Source: Coniocarpon cinnabarinum (lineage: Eukaryota). Taken from it: a stretch of 64,000 nt of DNA. The number at the start of each line of letters is the position of its first letter. The first letter of the stretch is position 1. The stretch is from assembly GCA_051942205.1 (NCBI GenBank), contig JAVECO010000074.1:1-64000 (forward strand). The letters are read 5' to 3'. The translations under genes were made by a program, and so were the position numbers. The notes beneath the pieces are model-generated. The model saw only the letters and a program-made list of their open reading frames with translations, searched no databases and was not told where the DNA came from. Shown one piece after another: positions 45,242-59,168 of the stretch.

Positions 45242-46877
45242 ATGTCTGACGAAGACGATTTCATGGCAGATAGCGACCAGGAAGAGTAGGCACTGTGATG
45301 CGCATCTGAGGTACCTGACTGATATAGCCGTAGCTATGACTTCGAATATGAGGATGCTGATGATGACGATGCCGTCGGCGATGTCGATGTTGAGAACAAG
45401 TACTTCAGTGCCAAGCAAATGAAGACCGAAGATCCAGAAGCGGCCATCGAGGAATTTCTCGGAGTTCCTGCATTAGAAGATGGCAAAACGGAAATGTAAG
45501 GATCAGTTATTCAATGCGTTGATTTAGCTGAGATTTTTCGTAGGGGCTTCAAGGGTCTGAAGCAAGCCATCAAGCTTGAATTCAAACTCAAACGCCACTC
45601 TGGCGCGATTGAACACTATCAAGAGCTCCTCAGTTATGTGAAGTCCTCAGCGATTTCGCGGAATTACTCAGAAAAGTCCATCAACAACATGCTTGATTTC
45701 ATCGAAAAAGCGGCGGAAGATCCCGAGGGCCGACAGTGCATGGAAACATTTTACTCCAAAACTCTTGAATCATTTCAGAGCACGAACAACGAGCGACTAT
45801 GGTTGAAGACTAACATCAAGCTTGCTCGATTGTGGCTTGACCAGAAAAACTTCGGACAGCTTGCAGACAAGCTTCGAGAGCTTCATCAGGCTTGTCAACG
45901 TGCTGATGGTTCTGACGACCCCAACAAAGGCACCTATTCACTTGAGATTTACGCACTCGAGATTCTCATGTACGCTGAAATGAAAAACAACAAGCGCGTT
46001 AAAATACTCTATCAGAGAGCTTTACGTGTCCGATCTGCCGTCCCGCATCCACAAATTTTGGGCGTGATCAGAGAGGCCGGCGGTAAAATGCATATGAGCG
46101 AAGAGAACTGGAAAGAGGCTCAGTCCGATTTCTTCGAGAGCTTCAGGAATTACGATGAAAGCGGATCTTTGCAGCGCATCCAGGTTTTGAACTATTTAGT
46201 GTTATGCACAATGCTCATGGAGGTAAGAAGCCACTGTGTAATGTGTAGTAACGGTCATGCTGATCGTTTCAAATTAGAGCGACATCAATCCGTTTGATAC
46301 GCCCGAGACCAAAGCCTACCAAAACGATCCTCGCATCTCAGCCATGACTGCCATGGTTGCTGCCTATCAGGCTCAGGACATCGACCAGTACGAGTCGATT
46401 CTAAAGAAAAACCCTGAGATGATGAAAGACCCTTTCATTGCCGAGAACATTGCCGAGGTCACGCGAGCAATTCGGACCAATAGCGTTTTGAAGATTGTTG
46501 CACCGTATAGTCGTTTCTCATTCGACTTCATAGCTAAAAAGCTCCGGATCAGCACTGCAGAAGTTCAGGATATTGTGGGCTTTTTGATCCTGGACAATCG
46601 GCTTGATGCTGAGATCGACCAAACCCGGGGCACCGTGGAGAAGAAGAATGGTGACGATGTGCAGCGCGTTCAGGCGGTCGAACAGTGGACGTCTGCGATT
46701 GATTCATTGTGGACTGCGCTTCTGCGAAGCACAGACGTTAATCGCTCCGCGGAAGATGGACCATCCATGGCTGGTCCTGCCCTTGCTGCTGGCGCGCCAC
46801 CAACATATACCGAAGCGCTTAGCTCGAGACGACAGCGAAAAGGACCAGGGAAACGAGCACTGTATGTTGGCGCGTGA
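45242..46877 (+). CDS. CSN2: COP9 signalosome subunit 2 (CsnB)
   Basis: Exons 45242-45285, 45334-45495, 45544-46222, 46278-46877. Motifs DVENKYFSAKQMK, GFKGLKQAIKLEF, NNERLWLKTNIKLARL, SAVPHPQILGVIREAGGKMHM, SDINPFD; PCI domain. Confidence 0.96.
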
Positions 46878-47558
46878 TTGGTCGTCAGTGCATGAGCACT
46901 GACGCCAACGACGCATCGTGCCGGTCGGCCAACGTTATCGGAGATTTGAACAGAGGCAAAAACCCAGATATGCAGCTTCATGCTGGCTGGTTGTGGAGCT
47001 AATCCACTTTTGATGCAGACCTGCAAGGTTGCGCGTAACACTCCTTGCTTCTTCCCGCCCAACGCAGAGCGCCTTCGCGCCTATGCATAACAAAAGCCTG
47101 TCAAGCGTTTCCATAACCAACAAATCAAACGCGTGACAATGAATAACGCCGGCATTCGACCATATCTAGGGCTGCCAGGCTGGACTAAAAAAATCTTGTT
47201 TGAGCAAGTCGAGGCCTCGAGGCGTAAAAGGTGGTTCTGTGCAAGCTGCTGGGATAACCATGCGCTGAACGTGTTCATCATTTGCAGACGCGCAGACTCT
47301 TCTGCAAGGACGCTTCCAAAATGCTTGAGCCTCCGCAGGTGAATCAGAAATTTTGCATCCATCTGCTCTGTATGAGGTAGACCAATATTTGAAGTGTGGT
47401 GTCCCGATGAAAGTTTGTGGAGGATATATTAATGGGAAGCAGTACATCTTCATCCTTGATCAATTGCATAGCCATATGCTCGTTACCCGCTGGTCCCCAA
47501 GCACTCTGTATTCTCGCTCTTTCCAGTAATCAACCTGTTTCAAGAGTTTTCTTCCACC

Positions 47559-49371
47559 ATGTTCTGCTGCCATGGCATCGAAACTGCATCGACGTGCCCA
47601 GTGTGCTGCTGGGAGAATCATTCATATCCGAGGCAAGCCATGGCTCATCCTTGTGAGCTACCCATCCGGAGTCGGCGCGAACGATGCCGAGGTGTCCGTT
47701 GTTGGTCTAGCCTGCCGACATGGCCGTTAGCCTCTCCGAACACGGACAGCTTCCAGCTCGCGCCGACCGATAGCGTATACTATTGCGGCTGCGCCAACAA
47801 CTTCAACGCATCGGCACCAAGCATGGGTGAAAACTTGCCGGCGGACTTTGAAGAGCAGCAAAGACTGGCCGAATCCTTTCAATTCGGGACTGAGGTCAGT
47901 GCTTCCATTTGACGTCTGATCAGGAATATGAGGTGCTGAAGCTGGGAAAGGGAGAGAAAGTTTCAAAAAAGCTGCCGATCAGTCAACTCGCGGAAAAGTA
48001 TCAAGACGCCCACCAAGCCTTTCAAGCAAAAACCAAAGTATGTGTGTTATCTCACATCACCAATTTGTGCACTGCTGAATTGAAGCAGAATTTATCCATT
48101 GGCTACGAGAACTATCGTGTAGTGCAAGGAGATCGGAGGTGTGGTTGGCGTGGTACGTGATTCCCAGTACGTTGCTCGAAGGAAGCTCACGATCCTCAGC
48201 GATCCTTTTCGGTCTTCTTGAAATCGTTCTTGAGATTTCAAATGAAGACATTCACACCGCACTCAGTGCGCAGCTACAAACATGCCGAGCTGGGGTTGGC
48301 ATAATTGGTGATGGCTACTTTGAATTGTTCGACGATGGAGTCGAAGAATTGATGTCCGCCATGAAGAATTGGAGACTATTGACTCCATCCGACGCAATTG
48401 AACAGATGAGGCTATGGATTGATGACGATGCCCGATCATCAGCGCATACGATTTACGTCTTGCGTGTAAGTGACATAAAAGTGGACAAAATCCCTGACTA
48501 ACGTCTCGTAGTTGATTGCTTCGTCAGAAATAAGATCCAATCGGGGTCAGTACGAGTTCGCGCTCGAAATGCCCCTAGAAGACTATTGCTTTTCTGAGAT
48601 TGACCACCCGGATTCCGAGATCGCGGAGCCCGGCCTTCGTGCGCTGTCCGATGCCCTCCTTCGGCCCCTTGGTGTTCAACTGCAAGTCGTAAACCTTCAC
48701 ACGAACCAAGGAGACGAGGTCGACGTGATAAATTACGAACCACTTCCAAAACCCGCTACTGGTGGGTTGTACGATGAAGGCAATCCGCCCGTGATCAGGC
48801 TCTTTTTCACGCCGTAAGTATGTTCGAACAGAATGTGTGCGATGCTAACCTACTGGCAGTGGCCACTACGACCTAATCTACGCGAAACGGCATCACGTTA
48901 ACCTGTATTCCATGTCTGGGGTCACATTCGACAGCCAACCGATGGTCGAGGATTGTGGGTCCTCGATGAAGCTTGAAGATCCATTTTTTGATAGCCTTGC
49001 GTTCTTGGGCCTTCCGACTGCTTCAGACCCGAACCCACCGGCGGCTGAAGTCGAAACCGACGTGTACCAAGTGACCTCAGTGCAACACGATTTGGCTGCA
49101 CCCAATTCTCACGTCACTGGTGCGGGCTACGATCACCCTATATCAAGACCATTCAGAGAGTAAGCAACACTGTATGCTCCTTCGGTCGATGCTAATTTGG
49201 AATAGCTCTTGTTATAACAAACACCATTACAACAATGAAGCCTTCGAAACGAATGGCCTGACCCCAGCCGACGCTGAGTTCATCAACAGGAAAGGAGATC
49301 CTGACAAATTGCAAGAGGAGCGTGCAGCTCAAGCCGGAAGTGAGGAGACTTCATCAAACAATGAGATGTGA
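47559..49371 (+). CDS. Otubain-like deubiquitinase (peptidase C65 family)
   Basis: Exons 47559 (or 47823)-47894, 47951-48037, 48089-48152, 48200-48465, 48512-48813, 48860-49159, 49206-49371. Cys box YRVVQGDRRCGWRAILFG; His box IRLFFTPGHYDLIY. Confidence 0.85.
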
Positions 49372-50343
49372 TGGGGGTGTTGCAAGGCTTGTTGGCAAGT
49401 GGTCAAATCTCAGGCATGGCGAGTCGCAAGATTAGCTAGCCCTATCTCAGCTGCCAAGAAGCGGTACAGTCGCCCCGTCAGATTGTGCATGACACCGGCG
49501 TTGGAGGTCTCTTGCGCTGGTTCTGCGCCTCTTCTGGAATACACAGTGTCTCTTTGATGCATTATATAGCGCACTGATGAATGACGAAGTTTCCGGACCT
49601 CATGTTTCTTTTTTCGCTCTTTTCAGTTGCGAGATCAGGGAGTAACGGAATGCCGGCCGCGCAGGCCGCTAAACGATATTCGAATTAGCCCAGCTCCGAG
49701 ATGGAGGCTTGGCAACCGAAACTCTATGCGCGGTTCCAATTTCGGACGGTCCCGTAAGCGCGTTGCCCGATCGACGCGAATGTCGACCAAGGCATCCTGA
49801 GCACCGAATCATGAATTGCTAGTCTTCGTCGTCGCTGCGGCCAACGGTGACATGCGTCTGACGCCGGATACAGCAGATGTCATGCTCGAGTGAAAGAGAA
49901 TCTGTATGACAGTACCAATTGTATCACTTGCAACACCCGTAATCTTCATCGTCCATTCCTACCTAGAAGGCGCGACTACCCGCCCACATAAGCCCACTAT
50001 TGCTTCCAAGGAACAGGATCGATCAGCTCGACATGAAAACACCAAGAAACCGGACGTCTTCAGCACAGCGCGACGTTCAGTTTCAAAGCTGGCGCGTAAT
50101 GGGTGGTGGTGAGCGAATGACTTCCTGATCCGCGCACCCATAACCTCTCAGAGCCGCTTTCATCTCTCTTCTCTAACAGCATGTTAACATGGTCTTTGGC
50201 CTGTCCGATGAAAGCTGCTCTCGTAATTGCCACGTCCAAATGTTGTCCTACAAGTTTACGTTTTGTTACCCTCTGGGTTTGCTCTTATTGACTAGACCTT
50301 GTCAGGACCTCCCCAGCTGGCTCTCGAGATCTCGCCATTCAAC

Positions 50344-51309
50344 ATGAATGCTCATAATCCAAATGGCATGGTCAATGCTACTCCCCCAAAGACCGTCTCA
50401 ACCCTCCCAACCTCCACACCCGAATCCGCGTCACCTCTGGCTCCGCTGCCACGAAGAACTTCAGGCTTTCGACAACCCTCGGGATACAATGGCATTTCAC
50501 GGGAACAGTCGCCTGCACCGGCAGACAGGAACGAATCTGGAACGTTTTCAGAAAATTTTGACGCTAAAGCGAGCAAGTCTGGAGCGATCATTCGTCGCTT
50601 GGGTGAAGACAAAGATCGGCTGCAGCGGCAGCTGAATACGGAGACGACCCAACGACAAGCCGCGGAGCAGGCGCAAAACCTAGCCTATGGCATGAATGAG
50701 AAGCTCAAGGGCGAAATGGCAAACCTAGTGCAGATGCATGAAGCAGACACCTTTGCAATCAAGCGGCGGGATAGACAGTTGGCCGAATTGAGGGCAGAAC
50801 TGGCACAGGAGCGTGATCTGAAGCAGCAGTTCAAAAGCGAGGCGCAACAACGCGCCGTAGAGCGAGACGATGCGAAAGAGCAATGCCTGCGAGAAACGAC
50901 CATGGCCAATGACCAGGCTAAACAATCAACAGTACATGCTGAGATTCTGGAGCAGACCCACAAGCGATGCAAGGAAGGATATGAGCATCGCTTCGATACC
51001 TTGCTCGGCGAGGCTGGGCAATTACGAAATCAAGTGGACGAGCAACAGAAGAAGATCAATCGATTGGAGGTCGTGCTTGAGCAGATGTCCCAACAGGTCG
51101 AGCAAGGCAATAAGATCAACGCGCAGTTAGGCCAGGGCATGCAGCTGTGCGAGAAACGCTGTGAGTCGAAGATTGATCTGGTGATGGAGAGGGTGCGCGC
51201 TTGTGAGGGCATCGAGGCAGAATTCCTCGAGGATGCAACGCGGGTTCTCCACGACGCAAGACATTTGCTAAACGTGACTCGCAATGCAGCAGCCCGTAAA
51301 GGCATATGA
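50344..51309 (+). CDS. Coiled-coil protein, She3-like family of filamentous fungi
   Basis: ATG at 50344 (an upstream exon is possible). KSGAIIRRLGEDKDRLQRQL and IKRRDRQLAELRAEL followed by a long heptad-rich region. Confidence 0.7.
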   Translation: MNAHNPNGMVNATPPKTVSTLPTSTPESASPLAPLPRRTSGFRQPSGYNGISREQSPAPADRNESGTFSENFDAKASKSGAIIRRLGEDKDRLQRQLNTETTQRQAAEQAQNLAYGMNEKLKGEMANLVQMHEADTFAIKRRDRQLAELRAELAQERDLKQQFKSEAQQRAVERDDAKEQCLRETTMANDQAKQSTVHAEILEQTHKRCKEGYEHRFDTLLGEAGQLRNQVDEQQKKINRLEVVLEQMSQQVEQGNKINAQLGQGMQLCEKRCESKIDLVMERVRACEGIEAEFLEDATRVLHDARHLLNVTRNAAARKGI

Positions 51310-51652
51310 GCCTACCGGGGGCGTGGCTGTCGATGGAGTGGACTATCATTACGGGCGTCTGGGAGGCTCGACTGGTAAATGGCATGTACGACGAGCGCAT
51401 GAGCTACGAGGATACGGCCTATAGCATGAGCGTAGATGTTTTTAATTCCTAATCATGAGAGTCACGCTTCAAGGGAACGCTCACTGCGACCCCGTTCAGC
51501 GTGTGCAAACCTTATAATCTTCTCTGGGTGACTGCGTCCAAAATTGGCATGCTGGCTATGGATGGTCGGTAGGTAGCCACTTCCCTGTCGCTGAGAGCTT
51601 TTTAAACCTCACTGGCTGCATCTCAAACCCTCGGTCGCCCCTTCTTCAAGCC

Positions 51653-54600
51653 ATGTCCAATCGCTCCAGAAATCCAAATGTAGACTGATCTGCTGTGCTC
51701 CTGCTGACATTACGCAGTGGCGTGGTCCATACCTGTATCTAGGCAGCTTTCCTGACCGACTTTTCGTGCCATCTCCATTTCGTCATTCGCTCGCCATAGC
51801 AACGCATTGTTTGCCAGTATCTACCACCTGCTGTTCGGTCCAGATACTCGATGCGCCCGCAACGCCCTTTCAACGATTGATGAGAATGTGAGAGAAATTT
51901 GGCTGCCCGCTGTCATGTCGACTGTGTCCGGCGCTTGTTGGCAGCGTGTGTATCACTCGACGCTGTACAGCTTCTCTCGCGAAGGTCGAGAAGAGATCTT
52001 GCGAAGTTTCAGGTACGCCAGCTACTTCCGCATCTGGTATTGCAGCGGGGATAACAACCGCGACGGCGATCTTCATTGTTGACCAGACGTCATCGCGTTA
52101 ACATAGGTCAGGGACTCTCCGGATGTGAAGTCTGCATCATGTATCTACGACACAGAAAATCATGTGAGTCTCTTCTGGCTGCGTGAGCTGCTGTTATGAT
52201 GGACAAGAACATACTGCGGCGCTAACGAGTTCTCCAAGCAATTTGAACTCTCGTTTCTGTCTACAGATGGTGATCACGCTGAGCGGGTTTTGGCTCAGCT
52301 TATCGACGACTTCATTCAAATTGAGGAGGACCAATGTCGAGAGTTTGCCGACGTAAGCAGCTATCTCCACGTTATGGTATCCTAGGGCTAAGAGTTCTCT
52401 CTTTTCGAAGTATGAGCCAAAAGCCGTCAGGTTCCCACACGCTGTCATTGATGAAGGCGATACATCCGTCGATGATGGTGCATCGGAATCAGGTGGTGTC
52501 TTCAAAAACGACGATCTGATTGACCTATCTACGGAGGCTGAGAAAACTTCATGGCTTCCCTCTGCGTTCTCTACTCAGTCGCAGCTGGACTCCGGTTTTC
52601 CTCAAGATCTTCTTCATGCACTGGGTCAAGTCACGCACTGCCAGCTCACTCTTGACTCATCAAATCGTCGTATCGTCATCAAGCCAATGAGCACACTGAG
52701 CGATGTCTCATCGGTGAAGCTTAGATTGACGAACATAGAGGATCTTTATGTAGGTGAAAGCTCTATGGTATTTAAACGTTGCCCATGTCGCTGATTCTCT
52801 CAGATCTCTGAGATTCCCGTTATCCATTCGCTTAAGATTTCAAGCCAACCGGATCTGATCTTCCGCATCCAAAAACTTCACGAGAACGCTGAAGAGAATG
52901 CCGCTTTCAATGAGGACGGCACCTTGTCTCGATTGTTGTTTCCGGCGGATTCATCTGTCTTCAACGTCCGCAACAAAACCCAGTCAAGGGGTAAGATCCT
53001 TCAGATGCTTTCAATCCTTCGTGCATACAAGAGAAAACTATCTGTAGAGCTTTCTGAGCCTGTTAAAGTCAAACAGCAGCCATTGAAACCACCTGCAGAG
53101 AAACCTATGACTACGTTTTTGTCTTGTATGAAGTTTCGGGAGCTAGGATCAGATGCTGTTCGAACTGTACAGCAGCAACCGGAGCCAGAGGCTGTCGAAA
53201 GAGTTCCGGAACATGAAACAGTGAAGCATTGGGTAGACGATGTGGTTGAGTCACAACTTCCCGCACCAAGCACCAAGCCGGTCTTGCAAGTGAAGGCAAC
53301 ACCGCCGAGTACGGACACAGTGACCAAGAAAACCCCTGAGCCTGTGAGCAGAGTCACGGAGGGGCCTTTCCGGAAGTTTCAAAGGCATGTATTACATCGT
53401 TCATCACCATCAAGACCGGGGTGCGACTAACAAGTGAAAGTGCCTCACATTCGAACGTATTTGCGACATCTACGTACGACATTCAGTACGCAGCCGCCGC
53501 AACCTCCACGAATGCGCCTCCTGAACCCGCAGGGCTTGCTTGGGATGCAACACCCATCCAGGGAGGTGCGAGTCCCCGAGACAGGCCCTCAAAAGGACAA
53601 GAGAAGTCGAGAGGTGTTCCGAGTCCTTCAAAACCTAAGCCTAAACTTGTTGTCAAACAATCTCGTGGCCCACCCCCGACGCAGAATAATAGCAGGAATA
53701 AACAACCGTGGAAGCCGCAACCACCCAAGTCTCTTGCATCCACGAATCCGTTCGCGCAGCTCGGTATGGGAGAGGAAGAAGAAGAAGATGATGAGGAAGA
53801 GCCTGAAGAAAATCAAAGTGGGACAAGTGATGTCAAGGAGCGGCTTGCCCAGGAAGACTTGCCGCCAGCACGATTACGAGTGAACAGGAGAAGGGCCCCA
53901 GGTCCCCCACCTCTGCCTCGCTCTCAAACGGGTAAGTTGAACCCCTCCAGGTGAAGAAATGAGGCTGCTGAAAGATGAAGATTTACTCAAAGCTCATTGA
54001 AACATCATCTGTCACATAACTTTCACATCCCATCCCGAAAGTGCAAGATCAATGCAAGAATCCGAGGAAAAAGAAACGCGTGGACTACTGCAAGAGTAGC
54101 GTGCAGGGAATCCAATGCTGACTTTGAATAGATGAATTGGATTTGCCTTCCAGCTCAGAGCCAAGCGCAGTTTCTACCCCAGCAACTAGTCTTGCATCTA
54201 CGGATGATATTTCACCTTTCTCAAACATGCTCAAGTCTATCAAGCGCGAAGACATGGATCTGCGTTTGCAAGCGACCTCCTTTCGCAACTCTGTGTCACG
54301 ACTGCATTCCTCACTGGAGCGCGCTCGCGCGCTGCAAGGGTGTCTGAGTACGAAGGTGCAATTGGGCAAGATTGTCGTTAGGCACGCGGACGCCGAGATT
54401 CGGAACGACATCACTGCTCAAAATTTCGAATCAAAATTCAAACAGGTCGCGGGCATGGACACATTGGACCGCTCTTTCACAAACAACGTCACCACGTCCG
54501 CAACGGATATCGATGCGTTGCTCCAACAACTGGGCATTAGCGAGTCAAGCAAGCTGCTTCATCAGAGTGCTTTTTTCGAGCTCTACTGCGTTCGCTCTGA

Positions 54601-55414
54601 TAAGTCATACACTCGCATCATTGTTGATGTGCTTGAAGGCGACGATGAGCCTGCCGAGCCGTTTGCTCAGTCGTCGGAGGCCTTGCAGGGTGTTTGGTAC
54701 AATCACCATCCACAGTGGGCTTGGGACTCACGACTGGTGATCAGCAATCATACGAATTACCCACTCGAAAATATTTCCGGCGCCAACGAGTTTGTCCATA
54801 GACTCAGCATTCGCCACGACGCTGATTACATCGCACCAAGTGTTGGCGGACTAAACAATGACAGCCTCAGTCTAGATCAAGCTCGATTCTGCACTGTCAT
54901 ACAGTGGCCGCTGGTGACAGGCTGGAACTCAAAGGAAGACATCTATATCGAGGTCAAGCGCGTACTGGACGAGCCCATCTCCGTCTTCCAGGCGACCGAT
55001 CCCAGTGCGGAACGTGGCCGCTTCTCAGCCATCTGCCCACCAGAAAAGAAAGCCATTCGAGATCAGTGTCTGTGGTATGAGATTTCACTCGGCTTGGTGA
55101 ATCCGTCCACACAGCTCATACAGAATGAACCATACCCTCAAATCATCGACCCAGCACGCCCGAAACGAGATCGTGCGGAAGTCGATATTCTGGAGCACAC
55201 GTCAGGGACCTTGCATCTTTACGAGAAGGCGAATTGGAAGCCAGAGGAAGTTTTGACGTCTCGACAATTACTGGCATTGCATGAAGTCGCGACGAAAGTG
55301 GTGGAGCGTATGGATGGAATCGGAGCGAAGAACAAGGGCTTTGGGGCGCAGAAAGAGGCTGATCTGAAGAAGGTGAGGGAGAAGCAGTTGAATATGCCCG
55401 ATCAATTCTGGTGA
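51653..55414 (+). CDS. Multi-exon fungal hypothetical protein (5' structure uncertain)
   Basis: Phase-consistent introns at 52164-52238, 52353-52410, 52750-52803, 53385-53440 (GC-AG) and 53932-54131; last exon 54132-55414 with LERARALQGCLSTKVQLGKI and CLWYEISL. No function recognised. Confidence 0.65.
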
Positions 55415-56102
55415 AGCGTGCGGATCGTGGAGAAGATGAAGGAGTGATCGGTTCTCGGGATCTTACGATAATGCATTCGACGCCTTTCTGGCTCGCCTTA
55501 GGTGGCAGACGTGAAATTCACGAGAGATCTAAAAGAACAGAGCAGCGTGGCCTGGTGCAACATCATGCCGAGAGAGTTGAACTAGTGTCACCGTCACCAC
55601 CTGCTTCGAAGGGAAGGAAGCCACTGTCCTAACCTGCCCTGCTCCCGCCATCCAATTTTTTTGTGGCTACCACGCAATCTTGCTTCGCGATGCACGTGAT
55701 GTCGGGAACATGGCCCGTGCGTAATGATTTCTTTCCCCTTCGCTCGTCGAATTCTGTGGCTCTATTCAGAACGGCACCGTGGCCCGCAGTGTCACTTTGC
55801 AGGTCACGTTGCTGGATCTAGAGCCTTGTTTGGCTTACAGTAGTGGCCATTCGCTGTGCCTTGTGGGTAGATTATGCAGCTACATGGCAGCTCCTCTGGA
55901 CACGTCGACGGTTGCTTCTGGCAATAGGTGATAAATAGTGGCCGCTACGCCCCAATTACATGACCTCCGGCTCTTGTTGCTCGCGTCAACTGTATCGTGA
56001 CGCCTAGATGCACAGGTGTCTCACGTCTTTGTAGCTCCCACCTCGCAACATATGCGCAGCCGTTGGATCGCCTCATAATCCTAGTCGGCTTCTCTACCAG
56101 GC

Positions 56103-57490
56103 ATGATGGAACAGAAACACCTCTCATCCATTATTGCAGATCAAGATATCTGGGAGAGATTCAATGGCCTTTTGAAGACAGACGACCAATTTCTTGCTTT
56201 TTGCAGAACTAACGCGCTGCAAATTCCACTAACCTTTGGCATCAAATCTATAGAATCTGATGAAGCTTTGTCGGTAACAGCATCTGTTGCTGGGGGACAT
56301 GCAAGAACTGGCCTCACCGAAGAGGTGAGCTTCACGCTCAACGGACAAGCATCCCAGTGGCAAGCTTTTTTCGCGTCTCCTGCCATCCCCCCTTTCCACT
56401 CGTATTGGGGCATCCGATCGGTCAATGCCTCAAGCGGTGCTACAGCCGTCACCGGGAACAGCGAGAGCTTCGCTCAGTTTGCCCACATTTGGCGACGCGC
56501 TCTCGAGCTTTTACAACTTGCCGTACACAGGCGACCAGAAGAGCCGGCTCGTGAAGGTCCTGATCTAGCAGAAGAGGACCACCTCATTGGTAGGTACATC
56601 TATCTACAAGCACCAAGGTGGGGACGTTGCAGAGTCTACTATGAGCAAAGCGGATTTGGTTCGCAGCCGGTTGTCTTCATTCATACTGCTGGATCCGATG
56701 GGCGGCAGTTCTCCATGCTCATGAACGACCTGGCCATGCGCCGCCGTTGCACCATGTACACCTTCGACATTCCTGCGCATGGCAAGAGCTTGCCAGGCTC
56801 CCAGAGCCGGCCTGGATGCTACAGAATGACTGAGGAAGATTTTGTGGAGCTCACTGTATCGTTTCTGAACAAACTGGAAATCAAGAGGCCGATATTCTCA
56901 GGCGCAAGCATGGCTGGAAATCTGTGTCTGGCGATTGCTATCCATGCTGAAAAGATCAAACCTGGTGGAGTGATTCCGTTAGAAGCATGCGAGCACCTGG
57001 GCCTCCCACGCTGGACATGGGACAGAAGCCCTTACGTTAACCAGAGCTTGTTCAATCCAGAAGCCATATACCCATTGATTGCACCAACCGCAGCTCAGGA
57101 GAACAAGGAGCTCCTTTGGCATACGTATTCAGGTCAGGCGTATGGGGTACTAGCTTCAGACCTGGACTTTTATTTCCGTACGTGACCGCTAACTGCACAC
57201 TACGCTTGCCTTACTGACTACTTGCTGCAGAAGGTTGGGATGGTCGAGGTCGCGTCGAATCCATCGACACGCAAGTTTGTCCAGTCTACATGATGACAGG
57301 TGAATACGACTACGTAAACACTCCGGCCAAAAGCCAGGCTACTGCAGGAAAGATCACTGGTGCGGTGTTCAAATCACTGCCGAATTTTGGACATTTTCCC
57401 ATCGCTGAACACCCGCTGGAACTCAAAGCGCATCTGTTAGAAGCCATCGAATACATTCGGTCGAAAGGCTCGTTGTTCCAAAGTCCTTAG
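56103..57490 (+). CDS. Alpha/beta-fold hydrolase with N-terminal extension
   Basis: Exons 56103-57177 and 57231-57490. Oxyanion region FIHTAGSDGRQ, FDIPAHGKS; nucleophile GASMAG; acid region TGEYDY; catalytic His GHFP. Confidence 0.9.
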
Positions 57491-59168
57491 AGCAAGCCTG
57501 GTAATAGCATCTTTCGGAGGGGTTGGATGCCGTGTCTCGACACGTGGCCTTCACCGCGCAGTTCTTGCAATCATTGTAGATTGTGTGGATAACGGCGCCG
57601 ATTTCTAAACTATGTGCATGAGGCTGACCCGACGACACGCAACCTTGAGGTCTTGCGGGGTACAACGACGTCAATCCTGCACGAATCTGCTCCCCCAGCA
57701 CGTGAAGTGGATTGATGCCTTCATACTTCGATGAAACATCTTGCTTGGGTAGTCCAATTGCCCGACGAAGCTCGCAGAAGATGATTTCCACCGTGTAAGG
57801 ACCGTTGGTTGCAGGTAGATTGCGCACTCGCAATAGTGGCACAGTTGGAAAGAGGCCCACACGCTCAGCGGTCCTCAGCAGACCACACCCACACGCCTTC
57901 CGAGGAGATCAAACGACTCTGCCTATGCAAACTACTAAACGGAAAAGTGTTCAATTGATGAGTGTTCTACCCTTTTGTCTGCTCCCCTCCTCTTCCTATA
58001 CTGCTGCTACTACTGTTTGGTTTACTAGCTTCATGCCTAAGATGCTCTTCACTGATCTCCAAAGATTTGCTAAGTCACTTAATACCTCTGCAGCTTCTGT
58101 GCGTTTGTCCTCATGAAACCATCGTAGTACAAGTCAAGAATTGAGTGAAGGATGTCCATTCGAGCCGAGATATGCCACAACCTCCTTACCTCTCGAGCAC
58201 TCAGAGTGTGCAAAGAGTGAATAGCTTAAGATTTGAGCAAACGCCTTGGCAGTCCCTCTTTCTTCCTCTCTCGTTCTCGACTCTTCCTCTTCTTTCCTGC
58301 CTCGTGGACTCATCGAGCGGATGCCGCAATACGACTGCAACAGTGGCGCCGTAAGCGAAAAGAAAGAGCCACAAAATCGATAGGCAGTCATGAATCTCCA
58401 AGTCAGTGACGTGTGTCCCCGCGACCCCTATTTCTGAAACAAACATCACAGATTCGCCAAACTCTGATACCGCGCTCTGATGCAAGGACGACAAAACTTG
58501 CACAGCTCCAAGGTTGGGACGCTACCGATCAAGACTCGGCGTCTGTCCGCAACAGTCATTTCACCTGGTCGTGTTACGCCCTGTGCAAGCACATCTGTAA
58601 GGATCCCTGAGAGAGATTGATTGCCTTATGATTCTCTGATGTCGCTTGAGGCGTGGTGAATGAGCGTCTAAAAGGGAACTTTAGGAAATGATGGCTTCAA
58701 GACGGGCAGATGGGCATGGGCATGGACATCGCGTTTTGCGTTTGTAGTCAACTCTGATGCAGAGACAGATATTAGATACTGATGTGAAACGAGTTCGAGT
58801 GTATGTGTACAATTTGCTGCTGCACTGTTACTGCCGTGAGTGGCGTTGAAAGGGCGCTAATGTGAATGTTTGTCGAGAGCACCACATCTTGCACTCAAAA
58901 GCACAGTATATCCAGAAAACATAGTTGGAGAGATCAATTGCTGAATGAATGAGGTCTATTGGAGAAGTCAGACAGCAAGACGGCTCTGATCAGTCATGCC
59001 GTGGACATCTGTCTCAATCCATCTACGACCATCATAGTACCTCCGAAACCATGTCATCATTACACGTCCTTCGACGGACTTTGAGTGTTTGCTTAACGAC
59101 TCGATCATCAACGCAGGGTCCACACGCACGTCACAATTGTCTATCACCGCGCACCACCAGACCCTCCT

